Shown piece by piece: positions 46,106 to 55,921 of a stretch of DNA of 64,000 bases. The stretch comes from Deltaproteobacteria bacterium (GTDB taxonomy: Bacteria; Desulfobacterota; DSM-4660; Desulfatiglandales; HGW-15), in NCBI GenBank assembly GCA_019310525.1, contig JAFDEE010000046.1:3452-67451 (forward strand), in the 5' to 3' direction. Within the stretch, counting starts at the first letter, position 1; the number at the start of each line of letters is the position of its first letter. Both the position numbers and the translations under genes were made by a program. Under the pieces are notes generated by a model. The model ran no database searches and was not told the DNA's origin. It worked only from the letters and a program-made list of their open reading frames with translations.

Positions 46106-46467
46106 TTTCTCGAAAAAAGTTCCCTGAATAGGGTATCCTTCACCGGCCCCACGGTTAAATCAGAGGATGGGCGGCACGCTGTTACCCCCTTGCGGCCCCG
46201 AATGGCCAGGTTCCTACCAGAAGTTATGCCGGAAATCAACCTGTTCGCAAGGCATGGGAGCTTCGGAAGGAGGAAGATCAAAGGGTAGGAGCCTGTGGCT
46301 TCTCCTTTGGAGCCGGCCCTGTCCCCTCCGCTGCCCTTCATTGACATCCCCACCATGATTATTTATCCTGCCTTGAGAGTCCTTCTGGAGGGCCGGGAAT
46401 TCACAGTGAATTCCTCGGGCCAAGGGCGTCAAACCGGTCCGGTAACTTTCAATGCCGGGGTCGTTCC

Positions 46468-47262
46468 ATGGGTCTTGTTTTCGATGCCGATTCCGCAAAC
46501 CTTTACGCCACCTGGTGCAGGTCTCCACATGGTCGGGCCATGGATCGGTTCGTCGAGAAATCGGTCCGGGGACTCCTGGATCCCCAACCGGGAGAAAAGG
46601 TGCTTGATATCGGCTGCGGAGAAGGAAACCATCTTCTTTTTTTCAGCAAATTGGGATTGGATATCAACGGCGTCGATCCTTCCCCGTACCTCATTGATCG
46701 GGCCAGGGAGCGCCTCGGCTACCGGTGTATGCTTAAGATCGGGAGGGCCGAAGAGCTTCCATACAGCGACAATGAATTCGACTTGGCCGTCATGATTAAT
46801 ACCCTCGAATTCGTTGATGACCCCTTGGCGGCTTTGATGGAGGCGGGAAGGGTGGCACGCCGGGGAGTGTTCATCGGAGTGATGAACAGTCTCTCCTGGT
46901 TCTGGCTTTGCCAGAAGCTCCAGGGATTCTTTCGGGCGACTCTTTTCAGCCGGGCCCGGTTCTTCAACCTCTGGGAACTGAAAAATCTGGTGCAACGGGC
47001 CTTCGGAGACGCTCCGGTGACCTGGAGATGTGCCCAATTGTATCCAGCTTTTTTGGATTTCCCCGCACCGCACCCGAAAAAACCGGACAGGCTCGAACAT
47101 TGCCCTTTCGGTCTTTTTCTTGGGGTTTTTATCACCATGAAGTACTGGGTGAGAACCGAGCAACACCCGCTTCGAATCGGGTTCAAGGAGACCAAACGCC
47201 CCCTGATCCCTGGAATCAGCCGGGGGGAATGTCCGTTGCATGGAGGGGAAGCGGAAATATGA
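46468..47262 (+). CDS. class I SAM-dependent methyltransferase
   Basis: 264 aa; VLDIGCGEG motif I; stop overlaps the next start (ATGA). Confidence 0.8.
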   Translation: MGLVFDADSANLYATWCRSPHGRAMDRFVEKSVRGLLDPQPGEKVLDIGCGEGNHLLFFSKLGLDINGVDPSPYLIDRARERLGYRCMLKIGRAEELPYSDNEFDLAVMINTLEFVDDPLAALMEAGRVARRGVFIGVMNSLSWFWLCQKLQGFFRATLFSRARFFNLWELKNLVQRAFGDAPVTWRCAQLYPAFLDFPAPHPKKPDRLEHCPFGLFLGVFITMKYWVRTEQHPLRIGFKETKRPLIPGISRGECPLHGGEAEI

Positions 47263-48269
47263 AGGAAGCCTATTTGTACGAAAAGCTGGATAACGGAAAG
47301 GTCAAGTGCCTTCTTTGCAATCACCGGTGCCTGATACGGGACGGGGGCAAGGGAATCTGCAACGTCCGGGAAAATCGCGGAGGTACCCTGGTAAGTCTCG
47401 TTTACGGAAAGGTTGTAGCAAGGCACGTGGATCCGATCGAAAAGAAGCCGCTTTTCCACTTTCTTCCAGGTACCCCTTCCTATTCTATGGCCACGGTGGG
47501 ATGCAATTTCCGATGCAGCTTCTGCCAGAATGCGGACATCTCTCAAATGCCCGTAGATCAAGGCCGCATATGGGGAGAGGACATGACTCCGGGGAGGATC
47601 GTTGAGGAGGCGGAAAGGAGTCGCTCAGCCACCATCGCTTACACCTATACGGAACCCACGGTCTACTACGAATTGGCCGTCGACACGGCCCGCCTCGCCA
47701 CTGAAAGGGGGATTCGGAACGTCTTCGTCTCCAACGGGTATATGACCGTGGAATGCCTTCAGGACATCCATCCGCACCTCCACGGCGCCAACGTGGATCT
47801 CAAGTCTTTCTCGGACAAGTTTTACAGGGATCAGTGCGGGGCCAGGTTGGATCCTGTGCTCAGGTCTCTGGAGACCATGCACAAACAGGGGATCTGGATC
47901 GAAGTGACCACCCTCCTGATCCCGGGTCTGAATGACAGCAAGGAGGAAGTCAGGGAAATCGCCGGTTTTCTCGCCCGGCTGGATCAGAATATTCCTTGGC
48001 ATATCAGCCGGTTTCATCCTACATACCGCCTTCTGGATGTTCCCGCCACTCCCCCGGATGTGATCCGGCGTGCCAGGGAAATCGGTTTCGAGGCGGGGCT
48101 GAGGTATGTTTATACCGGAAACCTTCCGGGAGATGAGGGTGAAAAGACCTTCTGCCACCAGTGCGGGCACCTTCTTATCGACAGGTACGGCTTTACCGTT
48201 GGAACTTTCAGGATCGAAGACGGACATTGCCCCGAATGCCATGCGGAGATTCCCGGGGTCTGGAAATAG
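47259..48269 (+). CDS. AmmeMemoRadiSam-system radical SAM enzyme
   Basis: Start moved to MKEAYLYEKL; N-terminal CLLCNHRC, CNFRCSFCQN radical SAM cluster, C-terminal CHQCG...CPEC. Confidence 0.85.
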   Translation: MKEAYLYEKLDNGKVKCLLCNHRCLIRDGGKGICNVRENRGGTLVSLVYGKVVARHVDPIEKKPLFHFLPGTPSYSMATVGCNFRCSFCQNADISQMPVDQGRIWGEDMTPGRIVEEAERSRSATIAYTYTEPTVYYELAVDTARLATERGIRNVFVSNGYMTVECLQDIHPHLHGANVDLKSFSDKFYRDQCGARLDPVLRSLETMHKQGIWIEVTTLLIPGLNDSKEEVREIAGFLARLDQNIPWHISRFHPTYRLLDVPATPPDVIRRAREIGFEAGLRYVYTGNLPGDEGEKTFCHQCGHLLIDRYGFTVGTFRIEDGHCPECHAEIPGVWK

Positions 48270-48328
48270 AATTTCCTTGAGATAGTAAAGACTAGGGAGG
48301 GCTCAACAGGGTTCTTCTTATGTCGCGG

Positions 48329-48380
48329 CCCCCGCTGATCCTTCGCATTGCCTTCTTCCAGTCAGCGGGGGTCTATTTTT
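48329..48380 (+). terminator. intrinsic terminator after the radical SAM gene
   Basis: 10-bp stem cccccgctga / tcagcggggg followed by tctattttt. Confidence 0.6.
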
Positions 48381-48394
48381 CAAAGAGAGGGTCT

Positions 48395-48565
48395 ATGAAA
48401 CGAGAAGAAGAATTGGCGTTGAAGGCGGCCAAGGAAATCGTGGTGAAGTTCATCGAGACGGGAAGACTGTCCGTGAGCAACTTCGACGGGACATTCAAAC
48501 AGATCCACCGGACGGTGAGAGAATCGCTCATGGAGGCGCTTTCCGGGGGGGAAACAGGGCACTAG
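48395..48565 (+). CDS. hypothetical 56-aa protein
   Basis: MKREEELALKAAKEIVVKFIETGRLS...; AGAGAGGG RBS-like; start chosen downstream of the terminator. Confidence 0.4.
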   Translation: MKREEELALKAAKEIVVKFIETGRLSVSNFDGTFKQIHRTVRESLMEALSGGETGH

Positions 48566-49344
48566 GTCACGTCGTAGTGGACCATCTTCAGGTACAGGCC
48601 CTGGGGCGGTGCCTTGATGCCTGCCTGTCTCCTGTCCCGGGAAGCCATGATCCGCTTGAACTCTTTCCGGTCGATCCTTCCCTTTCCTGCATCCACAAGG
48701 GTGCCCACGATGTTTCGGACCATGTGGCGGAGGAATCCGTTCGCCTCAAAAACCAGGGAGATAATCCCTCCCCGGGGGGGATGGAGTTCGGCCCGGATCA
48801 TGTTCCTGATCGGGTCGCCGGGACTTCCGCCCGAGGACCGGAAGGCCGAGAAGTCATTGACCCCACGGATCAATTCGAGACATCTTTCCATCTCACGGAG
48901 ATCCAATCTCACGGGGATGTGCCAGACATAGAAGCGCAGGAAGGGGTCCGGGTCCGGGCGGTTCAAAATCCTGTACTCGTAGGTTTTGCTTCTTGCGCTG
49001 TATTGGGCGTGGAAATTCAGTGGAGCGTACCCCGCCTCTTTGATGTGGATATCCTCGGGAGTGAGGGAATTGAGCCCTCGCCTGATGGATTCCGGGGAAA
49101 TGGAGGAACGTGTGAAGAAATGGCATACCTGGTGGAGGGCATGAACGCCCGCATCCGTTCTTCCAGAAGCGATGAGGGTGGAGGGTTCGCGGGTTATCCT
49201 GTGGATCGCTTCCTCCAGGACAGCCTGTATGGACAGGGCACGGGGTTGCCGTTGCCATCCGTGGTACCGGCTCCCGTCATAGGCCACAACGATCCTGATG
49301 TTTTTTTTTGCCTCCGTCATCGCGGTCTCAGTGGGATCAGCCAA
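48562..49344 (-). CDS. truA: tRNA pseudouridine(38-40) synthase TruA
   Basis: 260 aa; YDGSRYHGWQRQ and GRTDAGVHA catalytic motif. Confidence 0.95.
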   Translation of the reverse strand: MADPTETAMTEAKKNIRIVVAYDGSRYHGWQRQPRALSIQAVLEEAIHRITREPSTLIASGRTDAGVHALHQVCHFFTRSSISPESIRRGLNSLTPEDIHIKEAGYAPLNFHAQYSARSKTYEYRILNRPDPDPFLRFYVWHIPVRLDLREMERCLELIRGVNDFSAFRSSGGSPGDPIRNMIRAELHPPRGGIISLVFEANGFLRHMVRNIVGTLVDAGKGRIDRKEFKRIMASRDRRQAGIKAPPQGLYLKMVHYDVT

Positions 49345-49385
49345 AAGGCACTCCCTTCCGGGGGGATCGGCGTTTTAGAAAAAAA

Positions 49386-49406
49386 GGGAAGCCCCGAAGG
49401 CTTCCC
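49386..49406 (-). terminator. terminator after rpsI (bidirectional-type hairpin)
   Basis: gggaagcc / ggcttccc stem flanked by an A run and a T run. Confidence 0.75.
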
Positions 49407-49468
49407 TTTTTCTTGCGGTACCGGCAATATCCTTGTCCTCGCTGGAGGGCAAAGGGTACAGACGGATG

Positions 49469-49861
49469 CTATCTCTTGGAATACTGGTAACGGGCCCGGG
49501 CGCCGCGCTGTCCGTATTTCTTTCTTTCCTTGATCCTGGAATCGCGGGTAAGGAGTTCCGCCTTCTTCAGGATAAGCCGGTATTCCGGGTCCAATTCCCC
49601 CAAGGCCCGCGCGATGCCATGCCTGATGGCCCCGGCCTGACCGGAAATGCCCCCTCCCCTTACGTTTATCGTGATATTGAATTTTTCCAGGTTGTCGGTC
49701 AGCTCAAGGGGCTGGCGGATGACCATCTTGTCGGTCTCCCTGGTGATATATTCATCCATCGGTTTCTTGTTGATGGTGATGACACCATGCCCCGGCCTCA
49801 TCCAGACCCGGGCGACGGATGTTTTTCTTTTTCCTACCGCGTGAATCATCCCTTCGGCCAT
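49469..49861 (-). CDS. rpsI: 30S ribosomal protein S9
   Basis: 130 aa ending [10 protein letters not shown]. Confidence 0.97.
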   Translation of the reverse strand: MAEGMIHAVGKRKTSVARVWMRPGHGVITINKKPMDEYITRETDKMVIRQPLELTDNLEKFNITINVRGGGISGQAGAIRHGIARALGELDPEYRLILKKAELLTRDSRIKERKKYGQRGARARYQYSKR

Positions 49862-50290
49862 TTAGATCTCCAGTTTTTCCGGTTGTTGTGCCTGATGCGG
49901 GTGTTCAGGTCCTGCATAGACTTTCAATTTTTTTAGCTGCCTTCTTCCCAGGCTGTTCTTGGGAAGCATCCGCCTCACGGCAAGGCGCAGGATATCCTCC
50001 GGCTTTTTTTCCAGGAGTTTCCTGGCCGATATCGCCTTGAGGCCGCCCGGGTATCCGCTGTGCCGGTAATAGTACTTGTTGTCCCATTTTCTTCCGGTCA
50101 GTCGGATTTTTTCCGCGTTGATGACCACCACGAAATCTCCCGTGTCGGCGTGGGGAGTGAAAATGGGCTTGTGCTTTCCGCGCAAACGATTCGCGATCTG
50201 GGTTGCCAGCCTTCCGAGGACCCTGTTTTCCGCGTCAACCAGGTACCATTTTTTCTCGACTTCATGTTCCTTTGCCACAAAGGTTTTCAT
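49862..50290 (-). CDS. rplM: 50S ribosomal protein L13
   Basis: 142 aa; KWYLVDA...LGRLA motif. Confidence 0.97.
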   Translation of the reverse strand: MKTFVAKEHEVEKKWYLVDAENRVLGRLATQIANRLRGKHKPIFTPHADTGDFVVVINAEKIRLTGRKWDNKYYYRHSGYPGGLKAISARKLLEKKPEDILRLAVRRMLPKNSLGRRQLKKLKVYAGPEHPHQAQQPEKLEI

Positions 50291-50421
50291 AGCATATGAT
50301 CCTTTTGTAAATATCGGAAACGTTATATTTAAAAGACCTCCCTCTCAATGTCAAGAAATTTTTCGCAGAAATGGTGTTGACAAATACTCGAATCGTTGTT
50401 AAAAGTCTGCATAATTCTCTT

Positions 50422-50495
50422 GCGCCCGTAGCTCAGCTGGATAGAGCGCCGGGCTTCGAACCCGTAGGTCGCAGGTTCGAATCCTGCCGGGCGCG
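50422..50495 (+). tRNA. tRNA-Arg (anticodon TCG)
   Basis: Manual cloverleaf: acceptor GCGCCCG/CGGGCGC, D arm GCTC/GAGC, anticodon loop CTTCGAA, T arm GCAGG-TTCGAAT-CCTGC; no encoded CCA. Confidence 0.85.
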
Positions 50496-50527
50496 CTTTC
50501 TATAACACGACAAAGACGCAAAGAAAA

Positions 50528-50603
<76 letters not shown>

Positions 50604-50614
50604 GGAAAATCAAA

Positions 50615-50668
50615 GAGACCTTTGAAAAACGCAGAGATTGGGCAAAAGGGGCGTTTTTAAAAGGTCTC
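50615..50668. repeat. minimal GAGACC-type hairpin element directly 3' of tRNA-Lys
   Basis: gagacctttgaaaaacg ... cgtttttaaaaggtctc inverted arms around agagattgggcaaaagg. Confidence 0.75.
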
Positions 50669-50861
50669 TTCAAGGACTTGCGGGATTGAACCGTAGGTCC
50701 TTTTTTGTTGGGAAAATGAAAGGTCCAGGATGCAGTGAAAATCGAGACACCTTGAACTGTGTGAACGGGAGTTTGGTCACGTCGAATTACACAAGAGCAT
50801 CGGCTGGTTTATGTCGTTAGTCATGACAGGGTGGATTTTATCCAGGGACGCTATCACTATT

Positions 50862-51066
50862 AATGTCCCATACTGGGAATGGGAGAAAATCCCTCGCCTT
50901 CAGGCGAAGACTTTAGTTGGATCGTTTTTTTGAGTAGGGTTCAAGGATCCAAGGGGTCCAGGGTTCGAGTGAAAAATCGGGATATAAGGAAAGATGATTT
51001 TCACTTGACCCCTTGACCCCTCGACCCCTTGGATCCTAAAGCTATCCGCTTCATCCGATAGTAGTT
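50862..51066. repeat. long palindromic repeat E1
   Basis: Reverse complement matches 54513-54684; internal arms ggatccaagggg / ccccttggatcc and gtgaaaat / attttcac; flanked by ~45-bp direct repeats (50821-50865, 51070-51115). Confidence 0.8.
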
Positions 51067-51184
51067 TGCTCATGACAGGGTAGATTTTATCTAAGGACGT
51101 TATTACTATTGATGCTCATCTTCACTTTTTCCATGCCGCCAAGCGGCTGGTTTCCGTCCATAAACGGTCATTTATGAATGGGAA

Positions 51185-52459
51185 CTAGATAAACCTTCTT
51201 ATTTTTCGCGGGGCTGCCAGCCACACGAGGGCCGCCGAGAGGACCAAGACGACCAGCACCAGGACGAAGGCCACCTGGTAACTCTGGGTTCGATCGAAAA
51301 TCTCCCCGGCCATCCAGGCACCGATGGCCCCGGCGATCCCGATCCCGGCCTCGACCAACCCGTATATGAATCCAAAGATCCTGCCCTGGAAAAGATCAGC
51401 CGAAACGGCCATGAACATGGGAGCCGTGGCGCCCCACCCCATGCCGAACAGGAGGAAGAACCCGTAAACGAAGCCCTTGTTCCCGGTTATCTCTACGAGC
51501 ATGAGGGATATTACTCCCAGGCAGGCACACCCTATTCCCATGGTGAAGGTGGCCTCCCTGCTGGTTCGATCCGACAGCCACCCCCAGAAGATCCGGAATA
51601 TGGAAGAGACGACGCCCACGAGAGCAAAGACCCAAGCTGCTGTCATCTTGTCCACTCCCTGGTCCACAAGGTATTTCACGTTATGGGTAAGAATCGCGTA
51701 GATCCCTATAATGGAAAAGAAAGCGAACCCCATGAGGGCCCAGAACCGCCCCTGGACGAAGACACTCCCGATTGTCCATTCACGATCCCGCTGGGCGGAA
51801 ACAGGATCAGTCCCTTCACCGGTAACCGGTGGCGTTGTTTCCTCGCCGTCTACAGCCTGTCCAACATCGGCCGGCTTGTGCCTCAGCACTAGGCCGTTAA
51901 GGGGGAGGAGAATGATCAGTACCAGCCCGCCCAGGATGATAAAGGCCGCCCGCCAACCCCATGCGGTAATCATGGTCTGGGAGAGGGGGACCAGAGTGAA
52001 GGTGCCGAGTCCCATGCCGGAAACCGCGATCCCGCTGGCCAGGCCCCTCTTCTTTTCGAACCAGTGAGCGAGGATGGCGGAATAAGAGATGATCCCTATG
52101 CAGGTAATCCCGGAACCCATTACCACCCCGTAGAGTAGGTAGAACTGGGGTAGGGTTTTTATGGTGGCGCAAAGACCCAATCCCAAACCCAGGACAAGGA
52201 TACCCGGAGGAATGACCCGCCTGGGTCCAAAACGGTCGATCAGGGAGCCGACCACAGGAGCCAGGAAGGTGTATGTGATGAGGGCCATGGATTGAACGCC
52301 TGCGGAGTCCCCCCTCCGCCAGGAGAACTCCTCAAGTAGCGCCACGTAGAAGACCGAAAAACTGGTGCGGATCCCCAGCCAGAAGGCCATGGAGACGAGA
52401 GATACCCCGACGATCACCCAACCGTAATAAACTTTTTTTAAAGGGTTGTGCTTACCCAT
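51185..52459 (-). CDS. MFS transporter
   Basis: 424 aa, about 12 predicted hydrophobic segments, typical MFS N-terminus. Confidence 0.85.
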   Translation of the reverse strand: MGKHNPLKKVYYGWVIVGVSLVSMAFWLGIRTSFSVFYVALLEEFSWRRGDSAGVQSMALITYTFLAPVVGSLIDRFGPRRVIPPGILVLGLGLGLCATIKTLPQFYLLYGVVMGSGITCIGIISYSAILAHWFEKKRGLASGIAVSGMGLGTFTLVPLSQTMITAWGWRAAFIILGGLVLIILLPLNGLVLRHKPADVGQAVDGEETTPPVTGEGTDPVSAQRDREWTIGSVFVQGRFWALMGFAFFSIIGIYAILTHNVKYLVDQGVDKMTAAWVFALVGVVSSIFRIFWGWLSDRTSREATFTMGIGCACLGVISLMLVEITGNKGFVYGFFLLFGMGWGATAPMFMAVSADLFQGRIFGFIYGLVEAGIGIAGAIGAWMAGEIFDRTQSYQVAFVLVLVVLVLSAALVWLAAPRKIRRFI

Positions 52460-52571
52460 GGAGTATTCATTCCTTTTAGGATTTCAGGAAAGATCCGCAC
52501 CACCCAGTCCTCCCTCGGCCCCCCGGCCCGATTACCCCGGAATACCGGCTCTGCAAGACACCCCTCCTTCC

Positions 52572-53876
52572 CTAAATGGATACCAGGCTGGGCAGGAAGG
52601 TGGCGATCTGGGGAAAGATCATCAGGAGGGCGGTTAGGATGATCAAGGCCCAGAGAAAAGGAAAGATCCCTTTGAAGATGATGTGGAGTGGAATATCGGG
52701 GGCGATGCCTTTGATGACAAAGACGTTTACGCCCACGGGAGGAGTGATGACACCCATCTCGGCCACGAGGACTATGATGACCCCGAACCATATGGGATCG
52801 AATCCCAGCTTCATGACCACAGGAAAAAATATGGGGATCGTGACCACCACCAGGGCCATGGAGTCCATGAAGAAGCCACCGAGGAAGTAGATGAAGATAA
52901 TGACTCCCATGATGATGATTGGGGAGACGGGGAGCTGTCCTATCCAATCCGCAAGCATAAAAGGGATATTGGAAATGGCCATAAAATGCCCGAAAACAGT
53001 CGCACTGGCGATAATGAAAAGGACCATGCAGGAGGTTTGAAGGCCGTCTTTGCTCGCACTGATAAATCTCTTCCAGTTGAGCTGTCGTCGGCCAAGGCCG
53101 ATAAGCAAGGCCCCGCCCGCCCCGATGGCCCCGGCCTGGGTTGGGCTGAACCATCCCAGGAACAGCCCTCCGATCGTAAGCACAAAGAGGATGGCGGCCT
53201 CGATGATTCCTGTGGTGGCGATTAATTTTTCCTTCAGGCTGATGGATTTCCCGGGAGGACCCAATTTGGGATCCCTGATGCAAAGTATGGCGACCGTGGC
53301 CACAAAAAAGAAGCTCAATAATATGCCAGGGAGGACACCTGCTATAAAGAGTTTGCCAATGGATTCTTCAGTCAGTATGCCGTATACGATAAGTATCGTG
53401 CTCGGTGGGATCAGAATGCCCAGTGCCCCGGAGGCCGCAACGGTACCGGTTGAAAGGGTGGTGTCATAACCGTATTTGCGCATCTCCGGAAGGGCGATTC
53501 TTCCCATAGTGGCCGCCGTTGCTGCGGTAGATCCGCAAATGGCCGCGAATCCGGCACAAGCCAGAACTGTGGCGATTGTGAGTCCTCCCCGCATCGGCCC
53601 CACCCAGGCGTAAGCCGTCTTGTAAAGCCTCTGGCTTATGCCCGATGCAAAGGCAAATGACCCCATCATGATAAACATGGGTATTACGGACAGGGGGTAG
53701 GATGAAAAGGTCTCAAAGAGGTCCTGGGCCAGAATGCTGAATGCCGGTTCTATGCCCCCGAGGGCCGCAAATCCCAGGACCCCGACAAAGATCATGGCAA
53801 AGGCCACGGGCATCCGCAGTAAAAAGAGTATTAAAAGAAGTGCAATTCCCAAAATTCCTATCGTAGAAGGATTCAT
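52572..53876 (-). CDS. dctM: TRAP transporter large permease (DctM family)
   Basis: Start moved to MNPSTIGILGIALL (ATGA overlap with the dctQ stop); the longer ORF-track start overlaps dctQ. Confidence 0.9.
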   Translation of the reverse strand: MNPSTIGILGIALLLILFLLRMPVAFAMIFVGVLGFAALGGIEPAFSILAQDLFETFSSYPLSVIPMFIMMGSFAFASGISQRLYKTAYAWVGPMRGGLTIATVLACAGFAAICGSTAATAATMGRIALPEMRKYGYDTTLSTGTVAASGALGILIPPSTILIVYGILTEESIGKLFIAGVLPGILLSFFFVATVAILCIRDPKLGPPGKSISLKEKLIATTGIIEAAILFVLTIGGLFLGWFSPTQAGAIGAGGALLIGLGRRQLNWKRFISASKDGLQTSCMVLFIIASATVFGHFMAISNIPFMLADWIGQLPVSPIIIMGVIIFIYFLGGFFMDSMALVVVTIPIFFPVVMKLGFDPIWFGVIIVLVAEMGVITPPVGVNVFVIKGIAPDIPLHIIFKGIFPFLWALIILTALLMIFPQIATFLPSLVSI

Positions 53877-54367
53877 TTGTCGCCCACCATTTTGCCGATT
53901 ATTTTCAGGAAATGGAGCAGCAGTAGCAGACACACGGGCAAACAGGCCAAGGCCGCTCCATATGCAAAAAAGTATAATGGAATACGGGCCGTGGAACTCA
54001 CCTCTCCCGAGATTTGGAGGTGATAACCATAAACGGTAAGGCGCCACACAATAACCACAAAGAGGGAGAAGCCCAAAAGCTGTATGAAGGCGTCCACAAT
54101 TGCCTTTAATCGTGCGGGAAACATCATCACGAAAAATTCTACCTGGACATGTTTCCCTACGAGGAGAGTGGCGCTGGCGGCAAAGGATATGGCCACAAGC
54201 TGTGCAAGCATTACAAGGTCGATCGCCCCGAAAACGGGACGGAGGAAGATCTTGGCCCCTAAAACGTCGGCACATGTTATCAACACCATGAACATGACGG
54301 CCACCAATCCTACCCATTCCAAAACGGTGCTTAGGCGGCGGGTGAACTTTTCCACTTGCTCCAACAT
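53873..54367 (-). CDS. dctQ: TRAP transporter small permease (DctQ family)
   Basis: Start moved to MLEQVEKFTRRL; four hydrophobic segments. Confidence 0.8.
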   Translation of the reverse strand: MLEQVEKFTRRLSTVLEWVGLVAVMFMVLITCADVLGAKIFLRPVFGAIDLVMLAQLVAISFAASATLLVGKHVQVEFFVMMFPARLKAIVDAFIQLLGFSLFVVIVWRLTVYGYHLQISGEVSSTARIPLYFFAYGAALACLPVCLLLLLHFLKIIGKMVGDK

Positions 54368-54512
54368 GTCTGTTCCCTTTCCTTTAACAGGCGGTTGAAA
54401 GACTGCTGCGTTTGCCTCAGCTGCATTCGCTACGTTTTTCAACAACCCGTTAACGCCGTAAGGTCAATATCTTCCCGCTGCACATTTTTTCGCCGGTGAT
54501 GCCCGGGTAATG

Positions 54513-54684
54513 AACTACTATCGGTTGAAGCCGATAGCTTTAAGGGCCAAGGGGTCAAGTGAAAATCATCTTTCCTTAAATCCTGATTTCTTACTCGAAC
54601 CCTGGACCCTTTGGATCCTTGAACCCTATCCAAAAAAGATTCCACTGGATGTCCAAGGTTCTCCCCTTCCCGGCCTGGGACATT
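54513..54684. repeat. long palindromic repeat E2 within the dctP-dctQ spacer
   Basis: Inverted copy of 50862-51066. Confidence 0.8.
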
Positions 54685-54829
54685 GAAAAACCTTCAAGGA
54701 CCGGCTTCTAAAAGCCGTACCCGCGATCTTTATTCAGCATGAAACCACGGCGCCCCGGGTCCAGGCGGCAGGCGAGGCACCGCGGTTTCATGCATGGGAT
54801 TAGCCGAAAATCCTTGCCGCACGGATGTG

Positions 54830-55921
54830 TTAAGGCCTCATTTCATCCGGGCCGGTGGGTGACTTGATTCTATAATCAAGTTGTTTCTTTGTCCAGAAGT
54901 CGATCCGTTCCCTAAGATAAGATATCCAGCCCCTGACCTCCTTTTCGGAATAACCCTTTCCTACCATGTCTTTGATATATCCCTCTATGACAGGCTTTGT
55001 GACCTCTTTCCACCTAGCCACTTCCTCCGGGGATAGATGAATAATCTGGACCCCTTTTTGGGCGGCGAAGTCCTTTCCGTCGAAATCAACCGAATTCCAC
55101 ATGAGTGCGAATTTCTCCTTGTACTCGCCGCAGAGTTCGTCGAAGATTTCCTTCAGGTCCGGTGGAATTTTTTCATAGCTTCTTTTGTTCATGGCAACAT
55201 AGAAGGTATAAAGGTTGCCTACCTGCCAGCTTGAGGTGGTATATTTTGCAACCTCGGCGAAGCGAAAGGTTTTCAGGGTCTCAAAAGGAGTGTTTACTCC
55301 ATGGATTACTCCCTTTGCTATGGCGTCATAGACCTCCATGATCGGCATGGGGGCAGGGGAGGCACCCAGGGCGGAGACGGTGTTGCCGACCCTGCCGGGG
55401 GCCCTGATGGTCAAACCCTTGAGGTCTTCCAGTTTCCGAATCGGCTTCGTGGTTATCATTACGTTGGGTGTGCTTGCGTGCATCCATAGAACCTTGAGCT
55501 TGTCCCACTCTTTGGGTTTGAACTTTTGATAGAAGTCGTTTACGACATGATTGGAGACCCAGCCGCTGGGATAGCCCAAGGGTAGATCACAGACCTCTGT
55601 TACCGGGAAACGGCCGGGAGAATACTCCACATGGGCGAACCCCATATCCGCGATTCCCATTTGAAGTCCCTTGGCCATGCCGGGCGGTTTGAGTAAAGAG
55701 CCGCCACCGAAGTAACGGGTCTTGATGCGGCCGCCCGTCCTTTTTTCAAGGTCTTTTACAAATGCTTCGCAGATCTTGGAGTGTTTCGCGGGCGGTGGGA
55801 AGATATGGGCGAACTTGAATTCAATGACCTTGGAAGCGGCCTGTGCTCCTCCAACGAACAGGAAAAGAAACGCCGCAATAGCAAATACACCTGTCGCGGT
55901 AATTGACCTTTTTCCCCTCAT
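54830..55921 (-). CDS. dctP: TRAP transporter substrate-binding protein (DctP family)
   Basis: Start moved to MRGKRSITATGVFAIAAFLFLFVGGAQA (signal peptide; AAGGAGG RBS). Confidence 0.9.
   Translation of the reverse strand: MRGKRSITATGVFAIAAFLFLFVGGAQAASKVIEFKFAHIFPPPAKHSKICEAFVKDLEKRTGGRIKTRYFGGGSLLKPPGMAKGLQMGIADMGFAHVEYSPGRFPVTEVCDLPLGYPSGWVSNHVVNDFYQKFKPKEWDKLKVLWMHASTPNVMITTKPIRKLEDLKGLTIRAPGRVGNTVSALGASPAPMPIMEVYDAIAKGVIHGVNTPFETLKTFRFAEVAKYTTSSWQVGNLYTFYVAMNKRSYEKIPPDLKEIFDELCGEYKEKFALMWNSVDFDGKDFAAQKGVQIIHLSPEEVARWKEVTKPVIEGYIKDMVGKGYSEKEVRGWISYLRERIDFWTKKQLDYRIKSPTGPDEMRP

Noticed and set aside
53877-54317. 147-codon N-terminal extension of dctM; likewise the extensions of dctP to 56056, of the 2Fe-2S subunit to 20759, of the radical SAM gene to 46908 and of the acyl-CoA ligase to 58689
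   Set aside because: The extensions overlap upstream genes or intergenic repeats and have arginine-rich nonsense composition. The internal starts have an RBS and give family-typical N-termini.
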